Of a stretch of 64,000 nucleotides of DNA, positions 38,595 to 47,039 are shown in pieces (position 1 is the first letter of the stretch; every line of letters starts with the position of its first letter). A model generated the notes under the pieces. The model saw only the letters and a program-made list of their open reading frames with translations, made no database searches and was not told where the DNA came from. Location: contig DXXK01000067.1 of the NCBI GenBank assembly GCA_019416425.1, positions 488 to 64,487 of the forward strand, in the 5' to 3' direction. The DNA is from Bacteroidales bacterium. Lineage in GTDB: Bacteria > Bacteroidota > Bacteroidia > Bacteroidales > Muribaculaceae. The position numbers and the translations under genes are program-made.

Positions 38595-39742
38595 CTGACA
38601 TTCTTTCCGTCGCGCACGGCAGCCTCACGTTGATAGGTCACGTGATTCAGCCTGCGCATCTGCTGGGCGTAACCGGTACCTTCCTCATTGTACAGCAACG
38701 GCATGTCGATGTAACGGTCGCCGTTGTCACGGTGGATGCCGAACACCTCGCGGCGCTTGCGCTTGGCCTCCTCGCACAATGGCGAATGACCGTTGTCCAT
38801 AGTGCCGCGCAGGTCGGCATCGACGCCACCCTCACGGTTGCGGACGGCACGGATCTCCGAAACCGGCGGATAACCAAGCCCAGTCCACATAATGTATTCG
38901 TCGGCCACAAACCCAGGAGTCACATAGTCGATAGACTCGACCGGACGGCACCCCTCGATGGCGACGGTAGCGGTTGACTTGAACCGCGGAATGAAATCCT
39001 GATCCACTACCCAGCGGTCCGGACCTTCGGAATAGTCGCGCTTGTTCAGGTCGTGGTAGAACGACCTGCTCACTTCCTCGGTCAGCACTTCGGGAGTAAC
39101 GGCTCCCTGCGCGGCATAGGGACCTAACAGGCATTCGGCGTTGGCCTCGCGTATGTAGCCGTAGCCCTCGTCGCGTCGTCCGGAATGGCTGTAGTTGGCC
39201 CGTACCAGCATGTGGTCCGGAGCATCCTTCAGGTCGTAACGCTTGTAGACCCGGTTGTTGGTCTCGAAATAGGCGCCGTTGCCCAGAGCGTCGATGACGC
39301 CGAAGTTGGCCTCCACCCCCATCGGCTTGGGATATGTCTCAAGCAACCGGGCGAAGTCATCGACCGTGCGGCAGGTCTTCAAGGCCTTGGTCATGACTAT
39401 GCCCTCCTTGTCCATCTGCTTGTTGGGGACGCGGTCGTCCTTGATGTTGTAGGAGGCAGTGTTCATGATGGCGAACCCGGCGTCGTTCATGCCTATCCAG
39501 GCTTCCTTCAGGGCCTTGTCGCCGGCGTTGAACAGGGCTACATAACCCATGTCGTCGCCATTGGCAGGAATACGTTCCACCTTGTTGTCGATGGCACTGG
39601 TGTCGCGGTGTTTCCACAGGATGGGACGTCCCGAAGGGTTCAGCTCGGCGCCGATGATGGCCGAGGTACATGCGGACGCCCGCGGAACGGCAAGTCCCGC
39701 GAGCGTCAACAAAACAGTTATGAATGTCTTAAGTTTTTTCAA
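38591..39742 (-). CDS. Secreted Ntn-hydrolase (C45/choloylglycine-hydrolase-like)
   Basis: Signal peptide ending ASA, then CTSAII; WKHRD; GMNDAGFAI. Confidence 0.75.
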   Translation of the reverse strand: MKKLKTFITVLLTLAGLAVPRASACTSAIIGAELNPSGRPILWKHRDTSAIDNKVERIPANGDDMGYVALFNAGDKALKEAWIGMNDAGFAIMNTASYNIKDDRVPNKQMDKEGIVMTKALKTCRTVDDFARLLETYPKPMGVEANFGVIDALGNGAYFETNNRVYKRYDLKDAPDHMLVRANYSHSGRRDEGYGYIREANAECLLGPYAAQGAVTPEVLTEEVSRSFYHDLNKRDYSEGPDRWVVDQDFIPRFKSTATVAIEGCRPVESIDYVTPGFVADEYIMWTGLGYPPVSEIRAVRNREGGVDADLRGTMDNGHSPLCEEAKRKRREVFGIHRDNGDRYIDMPLLYNEEGTGYAQQMRRLNHVTYQREAAVRDGKNVR

Positions 39743-40983
39743 TCCAGTTTATGTATTATGAGTCCGGAGCGCAGCTTAGGCTCGAACCAGGTTGTCTTGG
39801 GGGGCATGATGTTTCCGGTGTCGGCGATGTCCATCAGCTGCTGCATCGTTACGGGATACAGAGCCAGGGCCATTGCCATCTCGCCGGAATCCACGCGACG
39901 TTTCAGTTCCTCCAGGCCACGGATGCCGCCTACGAAGTCGATACGCTTGTCGGAGCGGAGGTCGGTGATGCCCAGCAGGTCACGCAAGATCAGGTCGCTG
40001 GAGACGGTCACGTCCAGGACGCCGATCGGGTCGCTGTCGTTGTAGGTTCCCTCCTTGGCGGTGAGCGAGTACCAATGGCCGTCCATGTAGAGCGCGAAGT
40101 TGTGCAGTCCCGAGGGATGGTAAACCTCCGTGCCCTTATCCTCCACTATGAAGTTCTTGGAGAGTTTGTCCAGGAACTCTGCGGGAGTCATGCCGTTCAG
40201 GTCCTTCACCACGCGGTTGTAGTCGATGATGCGGAGATGCGATGCCGGGAAGGCCACTGCCATGAAGAAGTTGTACTCCTCGTCGCCGCGATGGGCGGGA
40301 TTGTTCTTAGCCTTCTCTGCGCCCACCAGCGCCGCGGCAGCCGAGCGATGGTGCCCGTCGGCGATATACATGTCGGGAATCTTGGCGAACTCCTCGGTGA
40401 TGCGCTGTATCATATCGTCGTCGTCGATTACCCATACTGTGTGTCCGAAGCCGTCGGGAGCGACGAAATCATATTCGGGCTCTCCGGCGATGACGGTATC
40501 GATTATCTGCTGCAGGGCCTCGTTGTCGGGAAATGCGAAGAACACCGGCTCGATGTTGGCGTTGTTGACGCGCACGTGCTTCATGCGGTCCTCCTCCTTG
40601 TCGCGGCGTGTCAGCTCATGCTTCTTGATGCGGCCCTCCATATAGTCGGGCACCCATGCGCCGACCACGAAACCGTACTGCGTACGGCCGTCCATGGTCT
40701 GGGCATACAGGTAGTAGCACTCCTTCTGGTCCTGTACCAGCCATCCGTTCTCCTGGAACTTATGGAAATTCTCCACGGCCTTGTCGTACACACGGGGATC
40801 ATGCTCGTCGGTTCCGGGCTCGAAATCGATCTCCGGCTTGATGATATGGTACAGGCTCTTGGGATTGCCCTGGGCCTCGACGCGAGCCTCCTCGGAATTC
40901 AATACGTCGTACGGACGGCTTGCGACTTCCTCCACCAGCTCCTTGGGCGGACGGACGCCTTTGAACGGTTTTACTTTTGCCAT
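39739..40983 (-). CDS. DUF1015 family protein
   Basis: PYDVL, IKKHELT, YIADGHHRSAA, MPPKTTWFEPKL. Confidence 0.92.
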   Translation of the reverse strand: MAKVKPFKGVRPPKELVEEVASRPYDVLNSEEARVEAQGNPKSLYHIIKPEIDFEPGTDEHDPRVYDKAVENFHKFQENGWLVQDQKECYYLYAQTMDGRTQYGFVVGAWVPDYMEGRIKKHELTRRDKEEDRMKHVRVNNANIEPVFFAFPDNEALQQIIDTVIAGEPEYDFVAPDGFGHTVWVIDDDDMIQRITEEFAKIPDMYIADGHHRSAAAALVGAEKAKNNPAHRGDEEYNFFMAVAFPASHLRIIDYNRVVKDLNGMTPAEFLDKLSKNFIVEDKGTEVYHPSGLHNFALYMDGHWYSLTAKEGTYNDSDPIGVLDVTVSSDLILRDLLGITDLRSDKRIDFVGGIRGLEELKRRVDSGEMAMALALYPVTMQQLMDIADTGNIMPPKTTWFEPKLRSGLIIHKLD

Positions 40984-41217
40984 GTTTCTCTGATATTTTT
41001 TAAGGTGTTAATGTTTCTGTCTGTGTATTCGTTGTATTTTAAGCACAAAAATAATCAGAAGCGGCCACTTTTCCAAAAAATCGGTGTGAAATAATTTTTT
41101 GCGGCAAGCTTTATTGTTTTTCAGGAATTTTTGCTAATTTTGCGATACGGTCTGGAACAGGCCGCCATGAACCGGGATTCCCTTGAATCCGCCTTAAATC
41201 CGCCAACCTTTAGAGTT

Positions 41218-42156
41218 ATGGCACTAAAGACACCATTGAAGAAAACGCACGCAATACTGCTGGCCCATATAGGCGCCCTCATCACCGTATCGGCATGGGG
41301 CACATCGTTCCTAAGCACCAAGGTACTGATGAACAGCGGTGGATTCACTCCGGTTGAAGTGTATTTCTACCGCTTTCTGGCCGCATACCTCACATTGTTC
41401 ATATTCACCTGCCGCAAGATTCGGTCCAACAGCTGGCGCGACGAGTTGACGCTGGCGTTATCTGGAATCTGTTCCGGCTCGCTCTACTTCATAACAGAGA
41501 ACTATGCGTTGCAGCTCACCACCACGGCCAACGTGTCGCTGCTTGCATCGATATCACCCATATTCACCACTTTCCTGGTGGCGGCGTTGTTCCGTCAGAA
41601 ACTCAAGGCCGTCACGTTGATAGGATCCGCCATATCCTTCGTCGGAGTTGCGTGCATCATCTTCAGCCATGGCGAGACGGTGGAAATCCGGCCTGCCGGC
41701 GACCTGCTGGCCCTGTCGGCTGCCCTCTGCTGGGCCATATACTCAATCGCCATCAAGCGTCTGCTGCCATTCTACTCCAGCATGTTCATATCCAGAAAAA
41801 TGTTCTTCTACGGCGTATTGACGGCCCTGCCGCTGGTACTGATGCAGAAAGGCCCCTCGCACGTCCATCTGCTGTTCGAAATGGAGAACATACATCTGAC
41901 CATGAACTTCCTGTTCCTGGTGCTGATATGCTCGCTCGGCGCATACCTGATCTGGAACGAGGTGCTGAAATACCTGGGGCCCGTCACCGGAAACAATTAC
42001 CTGTACCTGCAGCCTATCGTCACGATGGTAGCCGGTTACTTCTTCCTTGGCGAGAACATTTATTTCCTGGGCTATCTGGGTTGCGTCCTGATCATCGGCG
42101 GTCTCATCTTCATCGACAAGTGCCAGGACATCAAGCTGAAGCTCCGGAAACAGTAG
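41218..42156 (+). CDS. DMT/EamA transporter
   Basis: WGTSFLSTK, YFYRF, ENYALQLTT, GDLLAL; two EamA repeats. Confidence 0.9.
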   Translation: MALKTPLKKTHAILLAHIGALITVSAWGTSFLSTKVLMNSGGFTPVEVYFYRFLAAYLTLFIFTCRKIRSNSWRDELTLALSGICSGSLYFITENYALQLTTTANVSLLASISPIFTTFLVAALFRQKLKAVTLIGSAISFVGVACIIFSHGETVEIRPAGDLLALSAALCWAIYSIAIKRLLPFYSSMFISRKMFFYGVLTALPLVLMQKGPSHVHLLFEMENIHLTMNFLFLVLICSLGAYLIWNEVLKYLGPVTGNNYLYLQPIVTMVAGYFFLGENIYFLGYLGCVLIIGGLIFIDKCQDIKLKLRKQ

Positions 42157-42198
42157 ACCAATGCCATTCTTCGAATTCCCCTTCCCCAGGCTACCATA

Positions 42199-42585
42199 GT
42201 GCTTTATGAACGTGGTGTGGACTCTAAAGGCTTCGCCATTATCCGCGCCAAAGGCGACCGCGCATTGTTCGGCCTTGACACATCCATGATGAAACGCCGT
42301 GTCGGAGCACCCGAAAAAAGACCCCTTGCCGATTTTCTCTCCACGATAGCTATAAAGGCAAAAGACCTCGCAGCCGAAATGACTTCCGTTAACGTTCAGC
42401 AGAAAGACCTGCACGGTCAGGTCGACATTGAGCGTGAGCATATCGACAACAATAGCGCAGTCCGCAGCATGTTGCTGGACCGCGGCATCCGTCCGGAAAC
42501 TTTGCCACCTGCCGAGGACGTGAAGAAAGTGGAGCGTAGGTTAAAATCCGACGAGAAGAAAATTCTCCCCAAGAAAAAGAAATAA
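42199..42585 (+). pseudogene. dinD: C-terminal fragment of DNA-damage-inducible protein D
   Basis: LYERGVD..GFAIIR.KGD.ALFG...RPLADFL...IRPETLPPAEDVKKVERR; N-terminal half missing. Confidence 0.75.
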
Positions 42586-42859
42586 AACATATCCACTGCT
42601 CGCACCATGCTCAACTCAGGCGACACTGTCGATATTTCTGTATGGAACCTTAAGCTCATCGATAAAATGGAGATAAATCCGACGGCTCTATCCTGGAACT
42701 GCGTAACGTCATTTCTCTAAGTTACTCGTTATACGGTGGCTGGAGGAACGTAAAGATACTTTCCTCCAGCGAGTACCGCAAGATACGCGACTGCTGTATT
42801 TTCCGAGTCACCGTAGGGTGACGACCTTTAGCTTCATCGACGGTATAAGAGATAATCAG

Positions 42860-43099
42860 ATGCCGTTCGACTTGCTCGCGCTCATAGAGTGCGACTTCGC
42901 CAACCTCACCGACTACTCGCAGACATGCCCCGACGGTGCAAGAAAGTTCTTCGCCTTCATTCATTTCACAGATGAATCTACCTGCCTCTGGTCGAACATC
43001 TTCACGTTCAGCTGAACATTCGCCACGATGCTCGTAATGGAAAAATTCAGCGACTGCCTCGAATACGTCAGCAGCATCAATATCCACGAGCAGGAGTAA
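42860..43099 (+). pseudogene. Small hypothetical protein with internal TGA (43013-43015)
   Basis: MPFDLLALIECDFANL...IFTFS*TFATMLVMEKFSDCLEYVSSINIHEQE; followed by a hairpin. Confidence 0.5.
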
Positions 43100-43199
43100 T
43101 GAACGGCCCGACCATCAGTCTCGCCGAGCAATCGACGGGGCTTGAACTTGTGTATTTGCCCGATTTTGAGTAATTTTGCAGCAGAAAATAGTTCCACTT

Positions 43200-43976
43200 A
43201 TGCTTATATTAAAATCAAAAACAGCTAAAATATTATATGCCATCTTCGCTGGTATAATAATACATTTTATATGGCGCAATACAAGTATAGTAATTGATTA
43301 TTTTGAAATTTCAAGGACTTCTGCGTTAGGGCAAACAATTAGAGCATTACTGCTTACCTTTGCGGTGTTTCTATTTACAGCCGTTGTAATCAAGCCCAAA
43401 GAAGTATTTACTTTTCTTGGTTTGAATAGCAACATCCTGAAAGGATTTGGAATAGCGCTTGTCTGTGTATTGCCTCTATACATCATATTCCTTATTTTCG
43501 GTAAGTTTGCCACCGATGTCTCGATATTTAGAATTTACCATAAATGTATAATTGCCGGATTTACCGAGGAACTTGTGTGTCGCGCGTTTATGTTCGGATT
43601 ACTTTTCCGTTATGCAAAAACAGGATTCTTTTGGGCTATTTTACTACCCGCCCTTTACTTCGGTTCCCAACATCTTTACCAGGGGCACGATATAGTTTCA
43701 TCATTGTTCGCTTTTGGCGTGACATTTATAGGGGCACTCTATTTCAGTTGGATGTACGCTGAATGGAATTTTAATCTCTGGGTTCCCATAGGATTACATA
43801 TCCTTATGAATCTCGCATGGTTTGTTTTCACTATGGAGGGTACAGAGAATGCAGCCGGAGGTCTTATCTCCAACATTGCTCGTGTCATTAGCATACTTTT
43901 GGCAGTAGGATTAACAGTTTGGTATAAGCGAAAGAACGAGACCAAGGTTTTCAGCTACCCCGTTTGGCAGTTCTAA
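43200..43976 (+). CDS. CPBP (Abi/Rce1) intramembrane metalloprotease
   Basis: EELVCRAF, FGSQHL, NLWVPIGLHILMN. Confidence 0.9.
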   Translation: MLILKSKTAKILYAIFAGIIIHFIWRNTSIVIDYFEISRTSALGQTIRALLLTFAVFLFTAVVIKPKEVFTFLGLNSNILKGFGIALVCVLPLYIIFLIFGKFATDVSIFRIYHKCIIAGFTEELVCRAFMFGLLFRYAKTGFFWAILLPALYFGSQHLYQGHDIVSSLFAFGVTFIGALYFSWMYAEWNFNLWVPIGLHILMNLAWFVFTMEGTENAAGGLISNIARVISILLAVGLTVWYKRKNETKVFSYPVWQF

Positions 43977-44040
43977 ATCACGTCTTTCCCCCCCTAAAGT
44001 GCTTTACCGTACTTTCGCAGTACGATAAAGCACTTTTAAT

Positions 44041-44470
44041 ATGCAGACAATCTCGATTAACTTCATCGTGCCGCAGGGCTGGCACGAGCTTTCCTACAAA
44101 CAGCTCCGCTATGTTTATCAGCTTCTCGCAGACGAGTTTGCTACCGATGAAATCAAGACATCATGCCTTCTCCAATGGAGCGGCACAAAGGTCATAGGCA
44201 AACAGGACAGCGGCTCATATCTCCAAAAGAGGAAAACTTCTTTTCGAGGTTACGCCGCTGACGCTCGCCGAGTTGCTGCCGCATCTCGACTGGCTCGCTT
44301 CTCTGCCGACGGTGCCCGTCCGCATCTCCAAAATCAACCGTCAACACGCTCTCCCGGCTGACTTCTCCGAAGTGCCGTTTGAGACCTTCATCATCTGCGA
44401 CAACCTCTATTAAGGTTATCTCCAGACGCAGAATGATGAACTGCTCGACCAAATCGGACATATTTTATGA
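44041..44470 (+). pseudogene. Phage-like hypothetical protein, frameshifted, nonsense-interrupted and truncated
   Basis: MQTISINFIVPQGWHEL... shifts near 44225 into FEVTPLTLAELLPHLDWL...IICDNLY*GYLQ (TAA 44411). Phage origin is from recall of similar Bacteroidales genes, not searched. Confidence 0.55.
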
Positions 44471-44603
44471 CTCTTTCCGACAGCCATAATGATGGCTTAC
44501 GCTCATCTAAATGTTGCTCAAATCTTATATCAAAACCTTTTCGTGTTTCACCTACATATATGTATTTTTCGTAAACCTCTCCGTGCCTAATATATTTTTC
44601 TGT

Positions 44604-45215
44604 TTATGTAAAAGCCAACAATTCACCATTAGGGATTTTCCGGACCACTCTTGCTGGATTGCCGGCTACTATCGTATAAGGTGCCACATCTTTTGTGACC
44701 ACGCTACCCGCTCCAATCACCGCACCTTCTCCTATCGTCACGCCCGGTAGCACGATCACATTGGCGGCTATCCATACATTATCGCATATCCTCACACTGC
44801 GGGCACACATTATGCCCTCGTTTCGGCTCGGAGCATCGTAAGCATGGATGATAGTGCATATCGTGGTGTTCGGACCGATAAACACATTATTCCCTATCGT
44901 CACCTTGGCTTCATCAAGTATCGTAAGGTTGAGATTTCCTACAAAATTTTCCCCGATGCTTATGTTGAAACCGAAATCGCATCTGAACGGACTGTGTATA
45001 GTGAATTTCGAGCCTATTGACCCTACTATTTGTCTTACAATTTCCTCACGTTCCCTTCTTTTGGAAGGCAAGGTGGAATTTAGCTGAAAGCATAAATCCT
45101 CGCATTTCAATAAAGCTGCGGCACATTCCGGAGAAAAGCCGTTCATCCATTCACCCTCCCTCAAAAGGAAATTCCTGTCATCCATATTCAAAATTTTAAT
45201 CTTGTCTTTTGACAT
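44604..45215 (-). CDS. Sugar O-acetyltransferase (Maa family)
   Basis: PFRCDFGFNISIG, VWIAANVIVLPGVTIGEGAVIGAGSVVTKDV, GNPARV. Confidence 0.92.
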   Translation of the reverse strand: MSKDKIKILNMDDRNFLLREGEWMNGFSPECAAALLKCEDLCFQLNSTLPSKRREREEIVRQIVGSIGSKFTIHSPFRCDFGFNISIGENFVGNLNLTILDEAKVTIGNNVFIGPNTTICTIIHAYDAPSRNEGIMCARSVRICDNVWIAANVIVLPGVTIGEGAVIGAGSVVTKDVAPYTIVAGNPARVVRKIPNGELLAFT

Positions 45216-45358
45216 AACGGAAGATTACAGCAGATTATTCGCTTACAGAGAATACTCTCAAATCCAGCGACCCTGTCTACATTTCTATTTGGAACCTTTA
45301 GTTCATAGACAGAATGGAGATAATCAGATGCCATTCGACTTGCTTGCGCTCGTCGGGG

Positions 45359-45778
45359 TTAACTGATTTTTATTTCGGGATTGATTGAACGTAAAGCTGA
45401 CATAAATTCCTCTTGATTCTTTGGAGAAACAAAGACCCAATTCTTTTTTCCATACCTTAATCCTATCCGTTTTGCCGACAACGCCGGAGAAGAAAGGATT
45501 GTGGATTTATGTGCTATCTCTGAAATTTTGGAAATAGGTAAATTCATTCGGAATAGGAAACCACACCGAATATATAATCTTTCTCCGCTTATTGTATAAT
45601 CTGTATTCAGGAGTATATCATAAATCATAAATAACGCTATTCACATAATAACAACATCAATCAGAAGAACCCACGTTGATTGATAGCATAAATATATCGA
45701 CCCTATAAATGCAATGGTCATGCCGATGCAAAACCATAGATACCATTTGGCGACTTTTGATTTAAATACCTTTTCCAT
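45359..45778 (-). pseudogene. Bacterial PH-domain membrane protein with in-frame TGA (45641-45643)
   Basis: MEKVFKSKV...VVIM*IALFMIYDILLNTDYTI...SSPALS...VSPKNQEEF in one frame. Confidence 0.75.
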
Positions 45779-45861
45779 GGTGTAAAGTTTCCAAATTATT
45801 CTGTCCTTCCCCATAGAGTGCCTAACCATACTTTCGCAGTACGATAAAGCATTAAAATAGT

Positions 45862-46725
45862 CTATGAGTTGCGGAAGTCGCGGGGGGACATGCCGGTGAA
45901 CTTCTTGAAGTACTTGCCGAAGAAGGACTGGGTGGGGAACTTCAGCTCGGCGGCAATCTCCTGGATGTTCAGGTTGGATGACTTCAGCAGCACCTTGGCC
46001 TCGAGGATGACGAAGCGCTCGATCCATTCCACCGCAGTATAGCCGGTCTGCGCCTTGACCGTCCGCGACAGATGCTTGGGAGACACCTCCATCTTGTTGG
46101 CATAGAATTCCAGGAAGCGTTCCGTACGGAAGTTCTCCTGAGCCAGAGCCAGGAACTGGTCGGAAAGCCGACCCTGACGTGTGACGATCTCCTCCTGGAA
46201 GGGCTCGTAGCATTTGTAGACGGTCTGGAATATGAACGCCACCATTCGGAACAGCAATACCTGTGAGGCATAAGGATTGTCGTACATCTTCAGCACCTTC
46301 TGGATTTCCTTGAAGAACTGCTGGTATTCCGGCAGGTCGGCCGGAGGGATCGGAGCCACCGGATGCCGTGACGACAGCGAATAGATCGGGGTGTTGTTGA
46401 TGAACATAAAGACATTCTCGCGGAAACGCTTGGACATCACAATGACCGTCGCTCGGAAATCAGGGCTTATGTAGGATGGCTGCAGGATATGGTTTCCGCG
46501 AACCACCACCAGACTCGGAGCCTTGATGTCGTGCGATATCAGGTTGATGTCACCCCGGGCCTCCCCCTTGGTGACGATTATCCAGGTGGTGGCCTCGAAC
46601 TTCACCGGCTCGGTGATGTACTTGAACATCGTGGGATCGACGTCTTCCGAAATCCAGAAGTCCTCCTCAAGTATCTTTGCCAACGAATCCGGCAAATCAA
46701 GTCTATAATGATATCCAGTCTTCAT
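45862..46725 (-). CDS. AraC-family transcriptional regulator
   Basis: FYANKMEVSPKHLSRTVK...IQEIAAELKFPTQSFFGKYFKK. Confidence 0.92.
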   Translation of the reverse strand: MKTGYHYRLDLPDSLAKILEEDFWISEDVDPTMFKYITEPVKFEATTWIIVTKGEARGDINLISHDIKAPSLVVVRGNHILQPSYISPDFRATVIVMSKRFRENVFMFINNTPIYSLSSRHPVAPIPPADLPEYQQFFKEIQKVLKMYDNPYASQVLLFRMVAFIFQTVYKCYEPFQEEIVTRQGRLSDQFLALAQENFRTERFLEFYANKMEVSPKHLSRTVKAQTGYTAVEWIERFVILEAKVLLKSSNLNIQEIAAELKFPTQSFFGKYFKKFTGMSPRDFRNS

Positions 46726-47039
46726 TCGTTCTGTGTTGGTGCGTTAATAATATAGATGAATCGCGCCACAAAATTAGTCAATTTTACCCAACCGACAACA
46801 TTTTTACTATAATTTTCAGCAAATATTCTGCGATTTAACGCCCCGCGACCCTTTTTGACCAATATTTTCCACCATAATAACAATACCGGGCAGAAGGAAA
46901 ACCTTAAATCAGATTGCAGAAAAAATTTTTCAATTTAAACCAGTGTCAGGCCGCAAGTATGCGGGAATTTGATTATATTTGCAGTTTGAACGGTACAGGC
47001 CAGACGGCCGATCCACAAAACAATCAGCTACTAAACGAA

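Larger units (their letters stand above)
42588..45851. mobile_element. Degraded mobile/prophage-like remnant with repeated scaffold and cargo genes
   Basis: Repeat pairs 42643-42676/45290-45323, 42849-42883/45317-45351 and 44010-44032/45829-45851; several broken ORFs. Confidence 0.6.

Noticed and set aside
39751..41094. Long antisense ORFs (also 3924-4973, 6490-7560, 47805-49199, 51221-52255 and others)
   Set aside because: Shadow frames of GC-rich genes with clear family motifs on the opposite strand
45641..45643. Selenocysteine TGA in the PH-domain gene (also 43013-43015)
   Set aside because: No redox-motif context, no evident SECIS hairpin, and both lie in a decaying region
45641..46213. 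190-aa ORF from the track
   Set aside because: A chimera of an alternative AraC frame and the true start of the PH-domain gene at 45778
46726..47039. Cobalamin riboswitch upstream of nrdJ
   Set aside because: I could not find the conserved B12-box or GGGAA/GCCACTG-type elements; the leader after the likely promoter is short
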